In this document: positions 25,821 through 41,168 of the stretch, in pieces
Position numbering within the stretch: position 1 is the stretch's first letter
How the letters are laid out: each line of letters starts with the position of its first letter
Translations under genes and position numbers: made by a program
The notes under the pieces: model-generated
Databases searched by the model: none
Told to the model about the DNA's origin: nothing
Seen by the model: only the letters and a program-made list of their open reading frames with translations
Source of the DNA: the human T2T-CHM13v2.0 reference genome, Homo sapiens
NCBI RefSeq assembly: GCF_009914755.1
Contig: NC_060930.1
DNA length: 64,000 nt
Reading direction: 5' to 3' (one strand)

Positions 25821-26797
25821 TTCCTTGTCTCTTAAATAACCATAATAAAACAACAGTTTTGATATAGGACAGTAAAGAGCCCTTTGATATACTACTGGTT
25901 TTGAATGTGTATAGAGACCTCATATATACTCTTCAGCCATTAAGAAATTGTAGTAATATTTTGCTCCCAAATTGTGGAGTCTGTAAATTTTCTCAATAAC
26001 ATCATCTTTATGAAAATCCACAGAGGCCAGGGATGGAGTAGGAACAGAACTAAGTTTCAAAGGCAAATGGTGATCTGGGCTTGAGGAAGTAACAGTGAGG
26101 TCAGAGGGAAGAAGGGAAGGAGAGAGGGATGGCCAGCAGACCCAAGTGCAGAGTTCAGAGGGGTAGGGAACCAAGGGAGACATGGGGAAAGACTGGATGT
26201 GGCCACAGCAGCAGTGTACAGAGGAGGGTCATAGATGTGGTCCCATCTGGTTTGAAGTAGAGTAGTTGCTACTAAGCACATGGAACAGGACCAAGAAGTC
26301 AGGACCCCATTAGGTCTGCCCAGTTTCATGATGGGCTTCAGTCAGAGAAGTAGCTACAGAGAGAGCCCACCTCAAGTTCAGCAATTCTTCTTACATTACT
26401 TGACCCAGTGAGGTTTGCCCTCATGATATCTGTTGCTGCTATACCAGCGTGTGTCCCGATATATTGCAGTTGCTTATTTCCTTGTCAGGAACTGAAATTA
26501 AGGGCAGTGACATGTCCATCTTATTCATTGTCATATCCCAGAGCTTTACCTACTGTGAATCACTAACTGGAGCTTAATGAGTAGAGCTTAATAAATGTAA
26601 GTTGACTGAGTGAAAGCTGTAAATTTACAGTATAATTAACTGGGGGGCTGTTGAGTGCTGGGGGGTACTAGAGTGTGAGAAAGGAAAGTTGGAAAGTACA
26701 GGTACGGGTTTGGTGGGAGTTCATGCTGATTGAGTGAAAGGGGAAAAAGAGAGTAAAGCTTTAGCAGCAGGTGCCTGCTGTTGTTGGAGGAGTGTGT

Positions 26798-26799
<2 letters not shown>

Positions 26800-26831
<32 letters not shown>
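26800..26831. repeat. (TG)n microsatellite
   Basis: Visible TG run. Confidence 0.95.
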
Positions 26832-26833
<2 letters not shown>

Positions 26834-28481
26834 GTGCATTTTCAAAATGTGAGATTTGCTTTTTAGGGAGTGGGGAGCATAAGCAGGGTATATATTGTGT
26901 CAGTGAACAGGGTAAGACTAATTCCCCATTTTATGTGTATTTAGTCAAGGTTTGCTCAGAGATAGGACATATATGATTCCATCAGCTGAAAAACTTGTAC
27001 CTGAGAAGAACATGAGAAAGCCAAGAATGTATCGTTCCAAATACAGCAGCCAAATTTTACTGTAGGTCTCCTCTTTTGGTACAATTAAGGGAATTGATCT
27101 TATATACTTCAGTATTCACAAATAAGATTCTATCAGGAAAACTTGGGAGGAGACTAAAAATTAGCATCAAAACCTTATTGCAATTATTTGTTGCCTGAAA
27201 ATTGTATAAAAGGTGTACCTATAAATTCAAAATCACTGATATATCAATAGTATACAATATTATCAACCTGATAAAGGTATACAGTACATATTATGCAATG
27301 AAACTTATTACCGAAAATCTAAAGAATGTAGAGTTTCTTATCAATCCAATAAAGTGGTATTGCTCACTGTCAGCATATGATGAGTAAAAATTAACCAGCA
27401 TGCTATGTAAATTACTAAATTATCTTAGATCTGATTTTGCCATAATTGGACCAGAAGTTTAGAGATATACCAGGATTGACCATTTTCAGGTGTTTTATTT
27501 ATTTATAAACTAATTCTGTAAAAAAGAACCATTCAGTATTTGAATAACACAAAAGGAAAAAGCTGCTTATCTTCTTTTAAGCCATTAATATGACACCAGA
27601 AACATTTGATGAAAGAAACATGCAAATTGCACCTTTCCCCAGAGGAGCCTGACTGGCTGTGGATATCTGGGAAAGCACAGCCCTGATTATTCTTCCCTAT
27701 AACACAAAATTTCTCCTGACACCATCTGTCCGTCCTCACCTACCAAACATATCTGCTCCATTCTGAGAAAATGTCTCTCGGCAACTTTCTTCTCATAAAA
27801 CAAAGTTATGAAAATAAACTAGCATTATTCATGAACATTTCACCAGTCTGAAACAACATGTGCAAAATAAAAATAAAATTTGGAAAACCACATCTCAGGA
27901 AAAGCACAAAATCAAGTCATAAAAAAAAAGAAAGAAAAAAGAAGTCAGCCAGCCCCATAATAATTTTAAAAGTTTCTTCCGTTGAAGTTGCTAGGCAGGC
28001 TCGCGTGCCTCTCAAGCCTGAGGTTGAGAGGATATAACCCTTTTTTGCATTACATGAAATAGCTTCTCCAAAGGAAAAAAAAAATCCACACTTGCTACAC
28101 AGCCCTTGTGGTTATCCTTGAAGCACAATAGGAAGGCCGTCAAGGCACTCAGAAAAATACATTTGAGTGAACTGGATGACTTTAAAGGAAATCAGAAAAT
28201 GACCTCCAGAGCAGTAATCTTCATAGAGATATTTATATTTTAATATTGCTGGAAATTTTGCTGCTTATCAAAGCTGAAAAGTAAAAGTGCTGGCTGGAGC
28301 TGAGCCTCCTGTCTCCTGGGAAGTCTTTCTCCACAAATACATAGTTTTTCATAAATTCTGACTTGAGGCAAGCCTCCTTTCGGTGATGTCTATTACTTTT
28401 CTTACTCTTGACGGTATACTTAATGCTTTACAAAAAATAAAAATGACCCAGACCTGTCCTTAAGAAGCTTGCACTCCAATT

Positions 28482-28850
28482 CAGTGGCTTTCAAGCTGTT
28501 TTCACACCTACTAGGAAATGTATTTTATACCACAAAAGAACAGAAACACAACACACACAAAATACGAAAGGATATTTACATTTATTTTCCTGAGTTAAAG
28601 AACAAGAAGTAACAATGAAATTTCATTGAAAGTATTTTAATTAAAAGAAAATCCCTCCCCCAATGTTCCTTCTTCCTACTTATTGTGTATTTATTGTATA
28701 AATAAAAATATATAAAACAGGGAGAAGAATGTTTCTGTGTATCACAAATAGGTGTAAATGCAAACATAGTAAACAATTTTCAGAGCACACTTTGATAACT
28801 ACTTGGGTTGAAAATTAATTTTCATGATTAACCAACTGCAGGCCCACCCA
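28482..28850. mobile_element. hAT-Charlie-type MER fossil (subfamily uncertain)
   Basis: Begins CAGTGGCTTTCAA, followed by GAAATGTATTTTA..ACACACAC as in Charlie-derived MERs. Right end is uncertain. Confidence 0.4.
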
Positions 28851-28979
28851 AGATTTTGTGAGGCTCTCTAGAGCTTTGTGCTTTCTAATTTACTGAGCAA
28901 CACAAGTGTTAAAATAACAAGTGATTTTAAAATAATAACCTTTAAAAATTAAAAGAGGGAAAAATATACCAGCCAGTTA

Positions 28980-29200
28980 TTGAATATTTACTGTGTAGTT
29001 AAGCATTAGGTTGAGAACTTTACATATATTATCTTATTTAGATTTTATGTCGTAACTGCAAGATGAGCAGATTAATTGGCCATTTCACAGGTAGGAAACC
29101 AGAGGCTCCGGCAAGTGAAGTGACTTGCTCAAGGTCAAAGATATGGTAAGTACTAGAGGCAGTATCCAAACCATTTTGCTCCGAGGCACATCTGCACAGT
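28980..29200 (-). mobile_element. MIR SINE
   Basis: CCATTTCACAGGTAGGAAACCAGAGGCTC..GTGAAGTGACTTGCTCAAGGTCA. Confidence 0.85.
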
Positions 29201-31852
29201 GCCTGTCCCTCATAGCCTAAAGGTATCAGAGTGGGAGATGGTCATGTGTAGTAGGTCTTGCACGTCTCTAAAATGAGTATGGACAAGCTTACCAAACAGA
29301 AATGTCTACTTAGGGCCCAACATAAACGTCACAGAAAGGGCAGCCTGAAGAGAGGAAGAATGATGAGACCAGTATGTGTTACAGCTGGCATGTTAATTTT
29401 TTAGTGTGTGTGAACCATGAGGCAAACATCAGAAACCCATGCGTCTTGCAACATTTTCTCATTTTGACATGCTCATTTTGATCATGACCCTACTAATCTC
29501 TTTTTATAGTGGTGAATTGTCTTGTGATTGTTTTTAAGGAGGGGTACAAAGGTACAAAATTACTCAATTTCAAAAGCACATTGTAATATATTTTTCTTAA
29601 AAAATATAACATATATTTGTATTGTATATATATACACACAAATATACTTTTTCAGAGGTTGGCCAATTTGTAGTTAATTAAAAAATTTGGATTTTTATAT
29701 TTTATTATTTTAATTTGGATTTTATATTTTCTGGTTTTATTAGGATTAAATTAGACTAGCCATGGATAGGACCAGCAGGTTGTTAGGTCCAAGTGGATGC
29801 CACAGATTCAATTCTATATCTAAGCTGAAATGCAGATTGAATGCACACCTTTGAACTGATTCTTTTTGTCCCTAATCATTACTAGAAGAAATGTGGTGTT
29901 CTCCATCCAATTCAGAATTGTTTATGAATTTATCCCCTCTGGGGTTTTCCTTCCCTCATTCTTTCTCTATTCCTTTCCTCCTTTCTTCCCTCCTCTCCTC
30001 CTTTGGGCTTACAGAAATCATATTTACAGAAGAGAAAAGAAGTCTGTTGATATATGGGGGAGTAATTTGATTATGTAAAAAGGAAGATGGTCTTTATATT
30101 TGTTCTTCTGGGCTTGAAACAATGTCATTAATCAGATTCTGATAAGAGTTATTTCAGATTTTTCAGAACATCAGTTCTCTTGTTTTTGTTCCTCACATAA
30201 GATCTAAACCCTTTTTCTACCTACCTTGTATCCAGCAAGTAATGATTAGGAACTGTTGAAATCTTTACACTATCCTAATAATGTGCCAATTAAAGAAGGT
30301 GTTTTACCCAGATTACAAAGATTTGTCTGAGGTGGCCACCACTTTGTTAAGGCTGTTTTGTGGACATCTTCATAATTAATGGAAAAATCATTAGGAATTC
30401 AGTCTTTATTAACCCCTATAGCTGCAGGGGCCCATTTCATCTTAATTGCATTCATTTGGCACTGGCAGTATTATACAGCATAATCACTAATAAATGATCT
30501 TTTAATTTGTACCAATCAACGGAGCTTGCTTTCATGCCAATATTCCTGTTTCTTTGATGTTGACCTGTCTTGATTTTTGATCATTTGGGCTTAAGATGAT
30601 TTACTGGGAAATCAATATCAATACCAGAACTGCTTGTATTCATACGTCTGTGGTTAGGTTCCATTTGAGTGTATTTTGATTGAAATAAGTGTGCTTGATT
30701 ACCCATTCAGATGAGGGGGAAAAGCATAATCAAGTTGGGAAATCTGGTACTGTATTCTTACTCAAAAGAAAATAATTAGAAACTGTAGGGAAACTGAAGA
30801 TTCAGGAGAGCAGTAGAGGTAACACTTCAGATGCCACTAATTAAGCAACTTTGTCCGCCATCTCCTAAAGGCCTTCACCAATAGCGTAATATGCTATTAC
30901 CCATTAGCAAGGCCAATGGGGGCTTTGGTTACACTTGTTAATGGGAAACCCCGAGACAGTTTCTCTCATTATCCCGCTGTCAGCACTGTCTCTGCAGTGT
31001 AAAGTGGTCGTCATTGTTCTGTGGGTCAGCTAACCAGAAACCAAGCTACTGTAAAGAAACATTCTGCAGCTAATTGAAAATGACTGAAAAATCCCCTTAT
31101 CATCCAGTCACCTCTCTTTATTTGTGGAACAATGGGACGTATATGGAGTTGTGGGGAAAAAGGAAAGTTCAGGCTATGACACTGAATTTTTCCTGACTAA
31201 TACAACTACAAAGAAGTCTTTGAAGATAATTCCAGGGGAAAAATCCACTCACTTTTTTTAAGAGATAATGACAGTAAGACGTAAGTGAGTGTTGAATATT
31301 GCACTTGCTGTTCTGAAAAGTACTTTATGTTTATGTGATTCCCTTCACTAGAGGAACTCAAAGCTTTTTCCATGAAACTGCTGAAATCCTCATTATCCTA
31401 ATGAGCAAATGGCACAAAACTGGAAAAGCCACAAGGAACATGAAGTTTAATCACATATTCTGAGCTGGGCTGTTTTCCTGAAACTCTTAAATATAGTTTA
31501 GTACAAGGTATATTTCACTTTAAGTAACTCAAAGCCTGGAAATACAAATTGATAGGAAAAAAAAATCAGAAAGGAAAGGGGAAAGAAAAAGACTAAAGTA
31601 ATTCTTATGTTTAGAAGATTCTTTGCTTTATGAAAGGACTTGATGCATTGTTCTTTCCTTTAAATTTAAATTCCAAAATACATTTAATATATGATTCAAA
31701 CAAAAATTCAAAAACACAAAATGTGATGATTATATATCTTAAATGAGGAGTGCTTAATTTGGGGATCTGTGGAAGTTTTCTATTTTGTCACCTGTAGGAA
31801 GATGCAGCGACACTCCATGTTGCAGTGTGCTAGGTGAACTGAGCTGGTATTT

Positions 31853-33540
31853 TTCATTCATTATTTCCTTCAATCAGTATTTATTGGCAATTGTTCTGTT
31901 TTAGGCAGAGTGCCAGGCACTGGAGATACAAAATTAATTAGATATGACATTTTGCCGTAAGAAATCTACAATTTACTGGATGAAGTAATAACACAAACTT
32001 AGAATAATTATATTATAGTGTAGTAAGTGAAGCAAATTATATATAGCAAACTATATACTGCAAAATGGTCTACAGAAGAAAGTAACTAAGGCAACTTGGG
32101 AGGGTTAGGAAAGATTTATGTGAAGAAGTAACCCATTAGCTGAACTTTAAAGGATGAGCAAGAGTTATTTAAGCAAGTGGTGGGAAAAGAGAGCAATGAT
32201 CTTTGAGTACATTTCAGGGACATCATGAGCAAAGAAGAGAAGAAATAAATGATAGATTATCTGCAAAGTATGTATGTAAGCAAGCAGTTCAGTGAGGCAG
32301 GGAGTAGAGAAGAAATAGGCTGAAGAGGTACACAGGGAGCAGATAGCTACCTCCTCTGAATGCACCTTATAAGATATGAGAAACAGAGGAGTCAGATTTA
32401 CATTTAGCTAGATCACTTTGGTCACCAAACGAAGGGAATATTTTCGAGGAAAGGACCAGAGATATGACTACTATTCATCATCATCTTGTTTCAGTAATCC
32501 ATGCAAGAGATAAAAGGGGCTTGAACAGACAGCACTTTACAATGGGAAACCATTAAAGACAAGCATGAGTAAGATCCCTTGGGCAGGGTATCCAAAATAA
32601 AAAGTTTAGTGAACTAAGGGCAGAACTGGGATATGAAAACATTATGAGCAAGTTAAGAAAAAGAATTTACAAAGGAGTCAGAGGAGGACAAATGGAGATG
32701 GAAGAAAAACCAAAACTGTGAGACATGATAAGTTCCAACAAGATAAAGACTTCTAAGTTAGAACAAGTAATCAGCCATATCAAAATTAAGTAAAACCTGC
32801 ACGCAACTAAAGCCTTTAAAATAAAGCCTTTGGATTTCAAGGGTTATTAGTAATATAATGAGTATAGTTTCATTGGAGTTGAGAGAGTGGAGGCCTGAAG
32901 GTAGAGCAGTGAAGAGTTGGAAATGGTGGGCGCGAACTAGTGTTTCAAGGAATTTGGACGAAAAAGAGATTATCAAGCTCAGCCAGTGGCAAGCTGGCTA
33001 TTTGGGAATAGTGAATTAAGGAAACATTTTCTTGGATGAGAGACATTTGAGTATGTTTTCAGTCTGAGGAAAAGATGTTGGCAATATAATACAGGAAAGG
33101 TTGATGATAAAGGTAAGGGTAGAGATAACTGGCTATGGAGAAAGTGGAGGAAAACGTGACCTTTCTGAGAACAGGTAGGGGAACTGAAGAGGTAAGGTAA
33201 TAATAGGCCAGCTGGGATTTAAGGTCACACATTTGTTCTGCATGGTTGTTGTTTTCTCCCGCAATACTCAGTTGTCCCAAGGTAGGCATAGAGAAGGCAG
33301 ATTAGCATTGAACTTGATGAGTATGGTAAACAAAAAAATGAAGGTACTAAAGAAACTGAGGTTCTGCGAAAGGAGAAGTTCACATGATCAACATGGGAAC
33401 TCAATCATAATGGGTAAGGGAAGGAAATAGGACAGATACGATAAAATAGATAGATTAAGAAGGTTTCTATGAGGTCAAAAAATACTGGTGAAAGTAACAA
33501 AAAGGAGCTGGAAGGATAGAAATGGTCATTAGGAGACCAG
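31853..33540 (-). mobile_element. Long L2 fragment (3' end plus ORF2 remnant)
   Basis: Starts TTCATTCATT..TATTTATTG..GCCAGGCACTGGAGATACAAA, followed by ~1.6 kb of purine-rich antisense L2-like sequence (GGGTTAGGAAAGAT.., CAGTAATCCATGCAAGAGAT, GGATTTCA..). Right boundary is approximate. Confidence 0.7.
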
Positions 33541-33769
33541 AGCCACTCTGAACCTTTTTATATGGTCTGTCAAGTTCCTGGTCTCATGCAAAGCTGGCTT
33601 AAAGACTTCAAAGAAATTTAGATTAACTAGGCAAGTCCAAAATTCTTGCCTTCATATAGTTTTATTTGGATCCCCTGTTATCTAAATCTCTAGAAAGGTA
33701 CAGACTAAATGGCCGTGTAACATGACCATCAGAGGCAACTAGGGACCAGTTACTCTAGATCATCATTTT

Positions 33770-34060
33770 CTAAGCTGTTTTCTAGCTTCAAGAGAAGTCA
33801 ATAGATGGTTGCCATTCTACCTTCTAAAGAAAAATGTTTGTGGATAAGAAAGTTTAAGAAACACCAGGTTAAATCCAATAAGGAGGAATTGATTGTGTAT
33901 TGAAAGACTTCCCAGAGCCTTTAATCAGCTTATGTGCATGGTGAATCTCCAAAAGCAGGGAATGGTCTGTGCTTTCCTGTATTTCCTAGTGATAACACAT
34001 TTTGGTCCACACACCTCCTTTAATTTGCTGCAGAGCTAGTGGGAAGCACCACACTGGGTT
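33770..34060. mobile_element. hAT-Charlie-type MER fossil (subfamily uncertain)
   Basis: GACTTCCCAGAGCCTTTAAT..ATGTGCATGGTGAATCTCCAA resembles a recurrent old hAT MER motif. Confidence 0.5.
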
Positions 34061-34099
34061 TTCATTGAATAATGATAGCTTTTTATTTTAAATGCTGGC

Positions 34100-34465
34100 T
34101 GCTATGCTCTGAATATTTGTGTTCGCCAAACACTTACACATTGAAATTCTAACCCCCAAGGTGATGGCATTAGGAGGTGAGGCCTTTTGGGAGGTGATTA
34201 GGTTGTGAAGGTGGAGCTGTTATGAATGGGATTAATGTCCTTATAAAAGAGGTCCAGAGAACAACCTTGCCCCTTCTACCAAGTAAAGACACAATGGGAA
34301 GGTGCCATCTATGAATCAGAAAATGGGCCCTCACGAGGCACTGACTCTGCCTGCTCCTTGCTTTTGGACTTCCCAGCCAACAGAACTGTGAGAAATAAAT
34401 TTCTGTTGTTTATAAGCTACCCAGTCTATGGTATATTGTTATAGCAGACCGAAATGAATAAGACA
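34100..34465 (+). mobile_element. MLT1A0 solo LTR
   Basis: TG...CA termini, AATAAATTTCTGTTGTTTATAAGCTACCCAGTCTATGGTAT, and a 5-bp TSD CTGGC / CTAGC. Confidence 0.93.
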
Positions 34466-37400
34466 CTAGCTACTTTAACTTTAACTTTAGCTTTAAATTT
34501 TAATTTGAAATAGTGGAGAAATGTAAGTTAGGATAACTATATTATTGTTTTTTTTTAAAATTGTACCAACCTGTTGTTAAATGCTTATAAGAAATATTAT
34601 ATGTATGCTATTAGCTTGCCACTGTCCTGGATGCTGAGAGGTACCAAGCAAGTACATTTGAGTTGCTTCTTAGTGCCAAGTACTGGACTAGGGGGAATAG
34701 AAAATGGCAAAAGTATGGGTTGCACACTCAGATTGTTTAGCGATTTTTCCTTTTAGAATTTCTCTTTTGTTCTAACTTACCTCAGGATTTTTGCTATAAT
34801 ATTCTTTCTTCTGAACTCATTTTGGATTTTTTGCACTTTTATTATTCTTGGCATGAATAATACCTATGTCTGTTTTGAATGTGTTCTCTTTTTATTGCCA
34901 TTTATGTTGTCCTTGTCCTGTATTTCTGTGCCACACAGAAAATAATAGTTCATATTGATATTATCTGGGTCATTTAATAATTTAAATAATTGAACTAAAT
35001 ATACTCAAGTGATTTTTTTTAGACGTCACACTTTCAAGTGTTCCATTCTGTCCTCAAGGTTCATTTCTTCAACCTTGCCATATTTTCAAGTACAACAATA
35101 TCCCATCTGCAATTTTGTCAGTTTGACATGATCTCCAAAGAGCACCATCCACTCAGGGTCTCATGTTCTTATAAGTATACTCTAATTATCTACATATATT
35201 TGTCTTTGAAATCACTTTCCAAAGGTCTTTGGAAAAGTCATCCTGAATTTTCAAGACTGTATATCTCTCCAAAATGTATTTTAAAGTTCTGATTCTCTTA
35301 GTAACAAAACTGAAACTTTGCTATTTTTAAGTTATGCTTTTAAATGTTCTTTTCAAAAGCTTGATTAAAATTATGCTGTTAATTGAGATTCATTATTTTC
35401 TTCTATTTAATAAGATCGCATCTGAAATTATGTTAAAAATATGGTACTACCTCACTGATTAAGTTCTTGAATATTGTTTTTGTGTGTCACTAAAACACAT
35501 TGTTGTCACTATTATTGAAAGGGTTTTTAGTACACCAAAGGACCACATTTTGCTAAAAATTCCAATGAAACATGATTCTTATCTATTCAGCATTTTTCAA
35601 TTATCTCTAATTGATCAGATATTAAATTAAATGTGAATTAAAAGTCAAGGACACTACCCTCCCACCTCCTTAAATCTATAAAAGTAAAACGATTACAAAA
35701 CTAGGAACTTCAGCCATTTGCCTTGTTAGAATGCTTCTAAAAAATGTGGATTTAAGACAAGCACACACAATAATAAAAACAGAAACAAAACTTAATGTTA
35801 GCTGAAATGCTGGCAAAATGAAGCATGGTTATCAATTAGAAATTAAGGTGAGGTTTTTCATGTATGTTCACACTCTTGGATTGTAATCTTTTTGATACGG
35901 CATTATTTTTAAAAGTAGAATATAAATGTTTTGTGGGTTTTTATCATGCAGTTCATTTATAATAGCCTTGTGGGTTTTTTAAACATATTTTGCAACACTT
36001 TCAAGCCCACAAAATACAATTAAAGCTATCCATGTGTACCAAAAGCCTTTGGAAAGCAAGGTAGGGCACCATTTACTCAAGTTTCTCTATGTAAAGCAGA
36101 CCACAAGTTGTTGCCTCTCACCTCATCGTCTTGGAGAGAACTGTTCACTTAATTGCTTATTTGCTCCCTTCCTGACCAGTGGGAAAATAACCTTTCTAGG
36201 ACATTTCTTTGTAGCAACGTGTGATTTGATCTTTCTTTGGTGACCTGGGCCATGCCATCCCAATATGAGAAGCAATAAATTGAAGTCAGATACTTATTGG
36301 AATGAAACTCTCATTTTAAGAAGAAATTCAGATCTATTTAGCTTGACCTTGGAACTTGAATTAAATCTTTAGACACTCAACTTTCTCCAGGGAAGTATGA
36401 GGTTTATATGAATTTGAGTGTATTAAAGCTAGTCTGGCTCTGATCTATGTACCAAGTTGGTTAATTTTTCATTTAAAGGACAAAGGGTTTCACTGGAACT
36501 AATTTAACTGACTTAATTTGTGATATTCACATACCAGTTTATATTCTAAACCAGGAGAGGTTTTTTAAAACCATTAACATGTCATTAAAAAAACATAATA
36601 TGTTCACTGATTGATGTTTTGAAGGCAGCCTCGGTTGCCTATGGCTGGGGACTTCTGACATGGTTCATTTTTGCCTCTGCTACTAACCAATTGTGTGACC
36701 TGATATGAGGTGTTTCACCTTTCTCTGATTCACTCTCTGACTAATAATCAGGTGTTATAATAATTCTCTCTTCTATCTTTCTCAAAGGGTTATACTGAGA
36801 ATTAATAAGTTAATGGTTACAAAGTACATCAAAATGATCAGTTAAAAGGCAATATGTTAGGACTTTTATGTTATGGAAACATATTTAAAAAAAATTTTTT
36901 TAACCAGAGAAGATCACTGCTCTAAGATTTATCAAATGAGTAAATGTGGGGATAAATTGGCTTATTTTGTGATTAATCTCAATGTTTCTGGGTTTGTGGA
37001 AATTGAGTTAACAAGACAAAATAATTACATTTGAGCATGACATTCACAATATTTCTTCCTAAATAATTTTCTATATCCTTTACCTTTTCAAAATGTAGCT
37101 ATTGCCAGAAACTTCTCTTGTTTAACCCTACTCCACCCAATCTCTCTTATACTTTGACCATCACAATTCAATATTTACATTAATTTTATTCTGCATGTGC
37201 TTTGTGAGAGTTTTAAAGTCATTTCCTGTGATTATTCTTTTTTCCTATCAGCTTATATACTTTCTATTGTCAGATACTGTGTACTGGCTTACTTTATCTT
37301 CTTTGATGCATCTATGACTGGGCCACAGAAACACTTGAGAAATGATATTTGCTAATTATATGCAAATAGGGATGGAAATTGAATTTCATCAGTGGCTCAT

Positions 37401-38314
37401 GTCTCATATTATTTTTTATTTATCTTTATAAAAAACTATATTTCACCATGAGAGAAACCAAATAGCCACTAGTCCCATGGACACTTATAAGTTTACAAGT
37501 TTTGTTACATTTAAATTAAACGACATACACTTTGATGCAATCATGTTAGTAGTTACATTGTCAATGAAACACAAAAATATAAAACAAAAAATGATAATTA
37601 CAGTGACAGCTAAAATTATAGTAATATTTTCCAATGTAAATTTTACTGTCTTAAAAACAATAAAATGCAGAGATATCAGAAAAAACAAACAAGCTTACAA
37701 GAGGAGGGAAATGGGGCATAAGGAAGAGAGTGATAGAAACACAATACTACTTTAATCTTCAAAGGATGAATTTGGCATCACATATTCATTTATGAAATAA
37801 ATAATTAGCATTGTAAGTGTCTATAAAACAAGCTCTCAAGCATTCTTTTCAAAAGGAAGGAAAAGAAGAAAACAAGTTTTAATTCATGCTCAAGTGTGAA
37901 TGAAAGGGAACTCTTACAACACCTAATATGAGATTTTGGGGGGTCTTGTCTTTTTTAATGTAAATTTGTTTTATTATTAAGATCTTTATAGAACAGAAAA
38001 CTATTTTGTGTCTAAATATCAAAGAAATATCTCATATAATTTATTTTGCCACCATACACCTTGAGGAATTCTCCAAGAATTAGTTATTTAGTAAAACAAC
38101 ATAAAAGCAGACAGGAGTATTACTTCCACCTTTCTCTATCCAATTGGCATTTCAAGTCTATCTTCTCTTAAAATGGAGAAATAGTCTCCAAGTCTATGAC
38201 TGAGCCTGCAGGACAAAGTTTCAAATGCATTTTACTGCCATGATCATTATAAGTTCTAGTAGTGATAAGATGATGATGATGATAGGTATCTAGGTATTGC
38301 AAAATAAGAAACAT

Positions 38315-38575
<261 letters not shown>

Positions 38576-39961
38576 AAAATAAGAAACATTAGTCTTTCAT
38601 CAACTTTTGTTAACATATTTTCTGAAATGCATTCACTTCATAAACTTTTAAAACATTTTTGTGTAGAATCAGAAAAGCATCATCTTAACTTTCCTTTGTA
38701 TATGTGTTTGTAATTGCATTCTCCATTCAAATGGATGTTTTCTCTGTGTTTCAATAAAAAATTGATTAACCAATTTTATTATTTTTTATCCAGAGGGCAA
38801 ACTTGCTTTTTGACCTATTTGAAAATTCCAGCTTTTTCTAATTTCTGTCAATTTATCTTTTTATTTTATCTCAGTTAATTCCTTCCCTGTCTTTTGCTTG
38901 TCTTTCTCTAATTCCTATATATTAATGCTCCAGATTTTTCTGAGAACAGCTGCAGACATGTCCTACAGGTTCTGCCACACAGTATATTAATATAATTTTA
39001 TTTTATCTGTAGTTTCTAATTTACTTTGTAATTTCTCCTTTTTAAAAAATTCTTATGTGTTTCTTGATATTTTATATTTTAAATTTTTCAAATTATTGGA
39101 AGTTTTTCTTACAATTTCAGTAATAATTTCTCATTTTACAATGTGTAATCATAGAATGTAGTCAAAATTAACTAAACATATTTTTATTGTGGTTTACTGT
39201 ATGACCTAATATTAAGTAATATACATAATTTGAAGTGTACAACTTCCTCTATCACATTAATTTTATTTAGATCTCATTGTACTTATTTTTATTCTACTTA
39301 GTTTGTTAAAGGCTGAGGTGTGTTCTTATAATCCTGATGATTTTTACTCTATACATTGTGATGCTATGTTATTTGTCACATCTTTGTTACAGTTGTGTTT
39401 TTGTTGTGACTTATACTTTCTATCATTACACAGTTAGTCTTTTATAATGCATTTTGCATTTATTTAAGCCATTTAATGTTGAGATCCTAGCTTTTTTTCT
39501 CCCTCTTCCTTTCTTTCTCCTTCCCTCTGTTTTCTTCCCTGCAATTCTTTTACTTTCCACCCATCTGATATGTGTCTGTTAGTTATGTGTCTTATACATT
39601 GCATAAAGTTGAATTATATTATGCTATCCAGTAAGACCCTTTTTGTAGGTAAATGCATCTCATTTATATTTTACTGTCTTAGTTTATTATTTTATGAAAT
39701 AATTTTTGTTGTTCTTTTTCAGCCTCCCTTACATCCCTTAGCTTTTTAAGTATCTACAAGGATTATTATTCTTTGACTGATTATATTTTAACACTTGGAA
39801 GAGCATAAATAAAATAAACTTGCTTAACATCTTTTTCTTGAATGAATAAGAGGAATGAATAGAACTCTATTTAGTGATGTAACTCTTTTCTATTATAGAT
39901 CCTCACTTTGATTAAACTTACTTCTTTTCCAATAACCTTACGTAAAGAAAATGAGTAGCCC

Positions 39962-40419
<458 letters not shown>

Positions 40420-41168
40420 TTATTATTACTTTTTTAATGTCAAGGTTTCTATTTAGCTATTTACCCATAATTTCTAATAGTTATTTCACACCACAGCTTA
40501 CTTGTCAAATTTTTATTGATTCATGGATGCATATGATCACTAATTAGTTCTTTTCAAAAGACCTCTGATTTCCTTATCTCTTGGATTCTTGCAGGTTTTG
40601 GAACATCTTTCTGTTGCTTTTATGCTTATACCTCAATTTGATAGGCCATAAAACTCTTCAGTCAATTTTTATTTTTTTCTTTTAGTGTGCTGTGAACATT
40701 TAATCATTGTTTTTGGAAATATAATGTGCTTGTAGTCACTTCTGGTCACCTTTATTATGAGTTATTTAATATTTCTGGTCATTTTCCCATAGGATTATTT
40801 TTCTACTAACTTTGCAGCTAAGTACATTTATTAAAATATATATGTTGTTGGCTGTTCTAAATACATGCTCTTTCCCCTGAAATATCAGTTTCTATTTTCT
40901 ATCCAACTTTTGGAGAAGTTTTCTTTGATTATTACTTTGGCTGTTTATTTTTCTCCTACTTGTTTTTATCTGTTTTTTAGAAACACAAATATGTATACAT
41001 AAGATATTAACTTTCTTCAATATCCATTATGCTCCTCTTTAATCCTCTTTTTTCCTCCTTTTCTTTTACATTCTGTCTTATGTAATTTTTTCAGGCATGA
41101 GTTAATGACTCTGTTTGCAGCAGTATCTATTCTGCTTCTTTAAGCTTCATTTTGCAGTCTTAATGTAT

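Noticed and set aside
27740-27847. 108-nt minus-strand segment with acceptor and GTGAGG donor
   Set aside because: All three frames contain stops and there is no other support. At most a non-coding cryptic exon.
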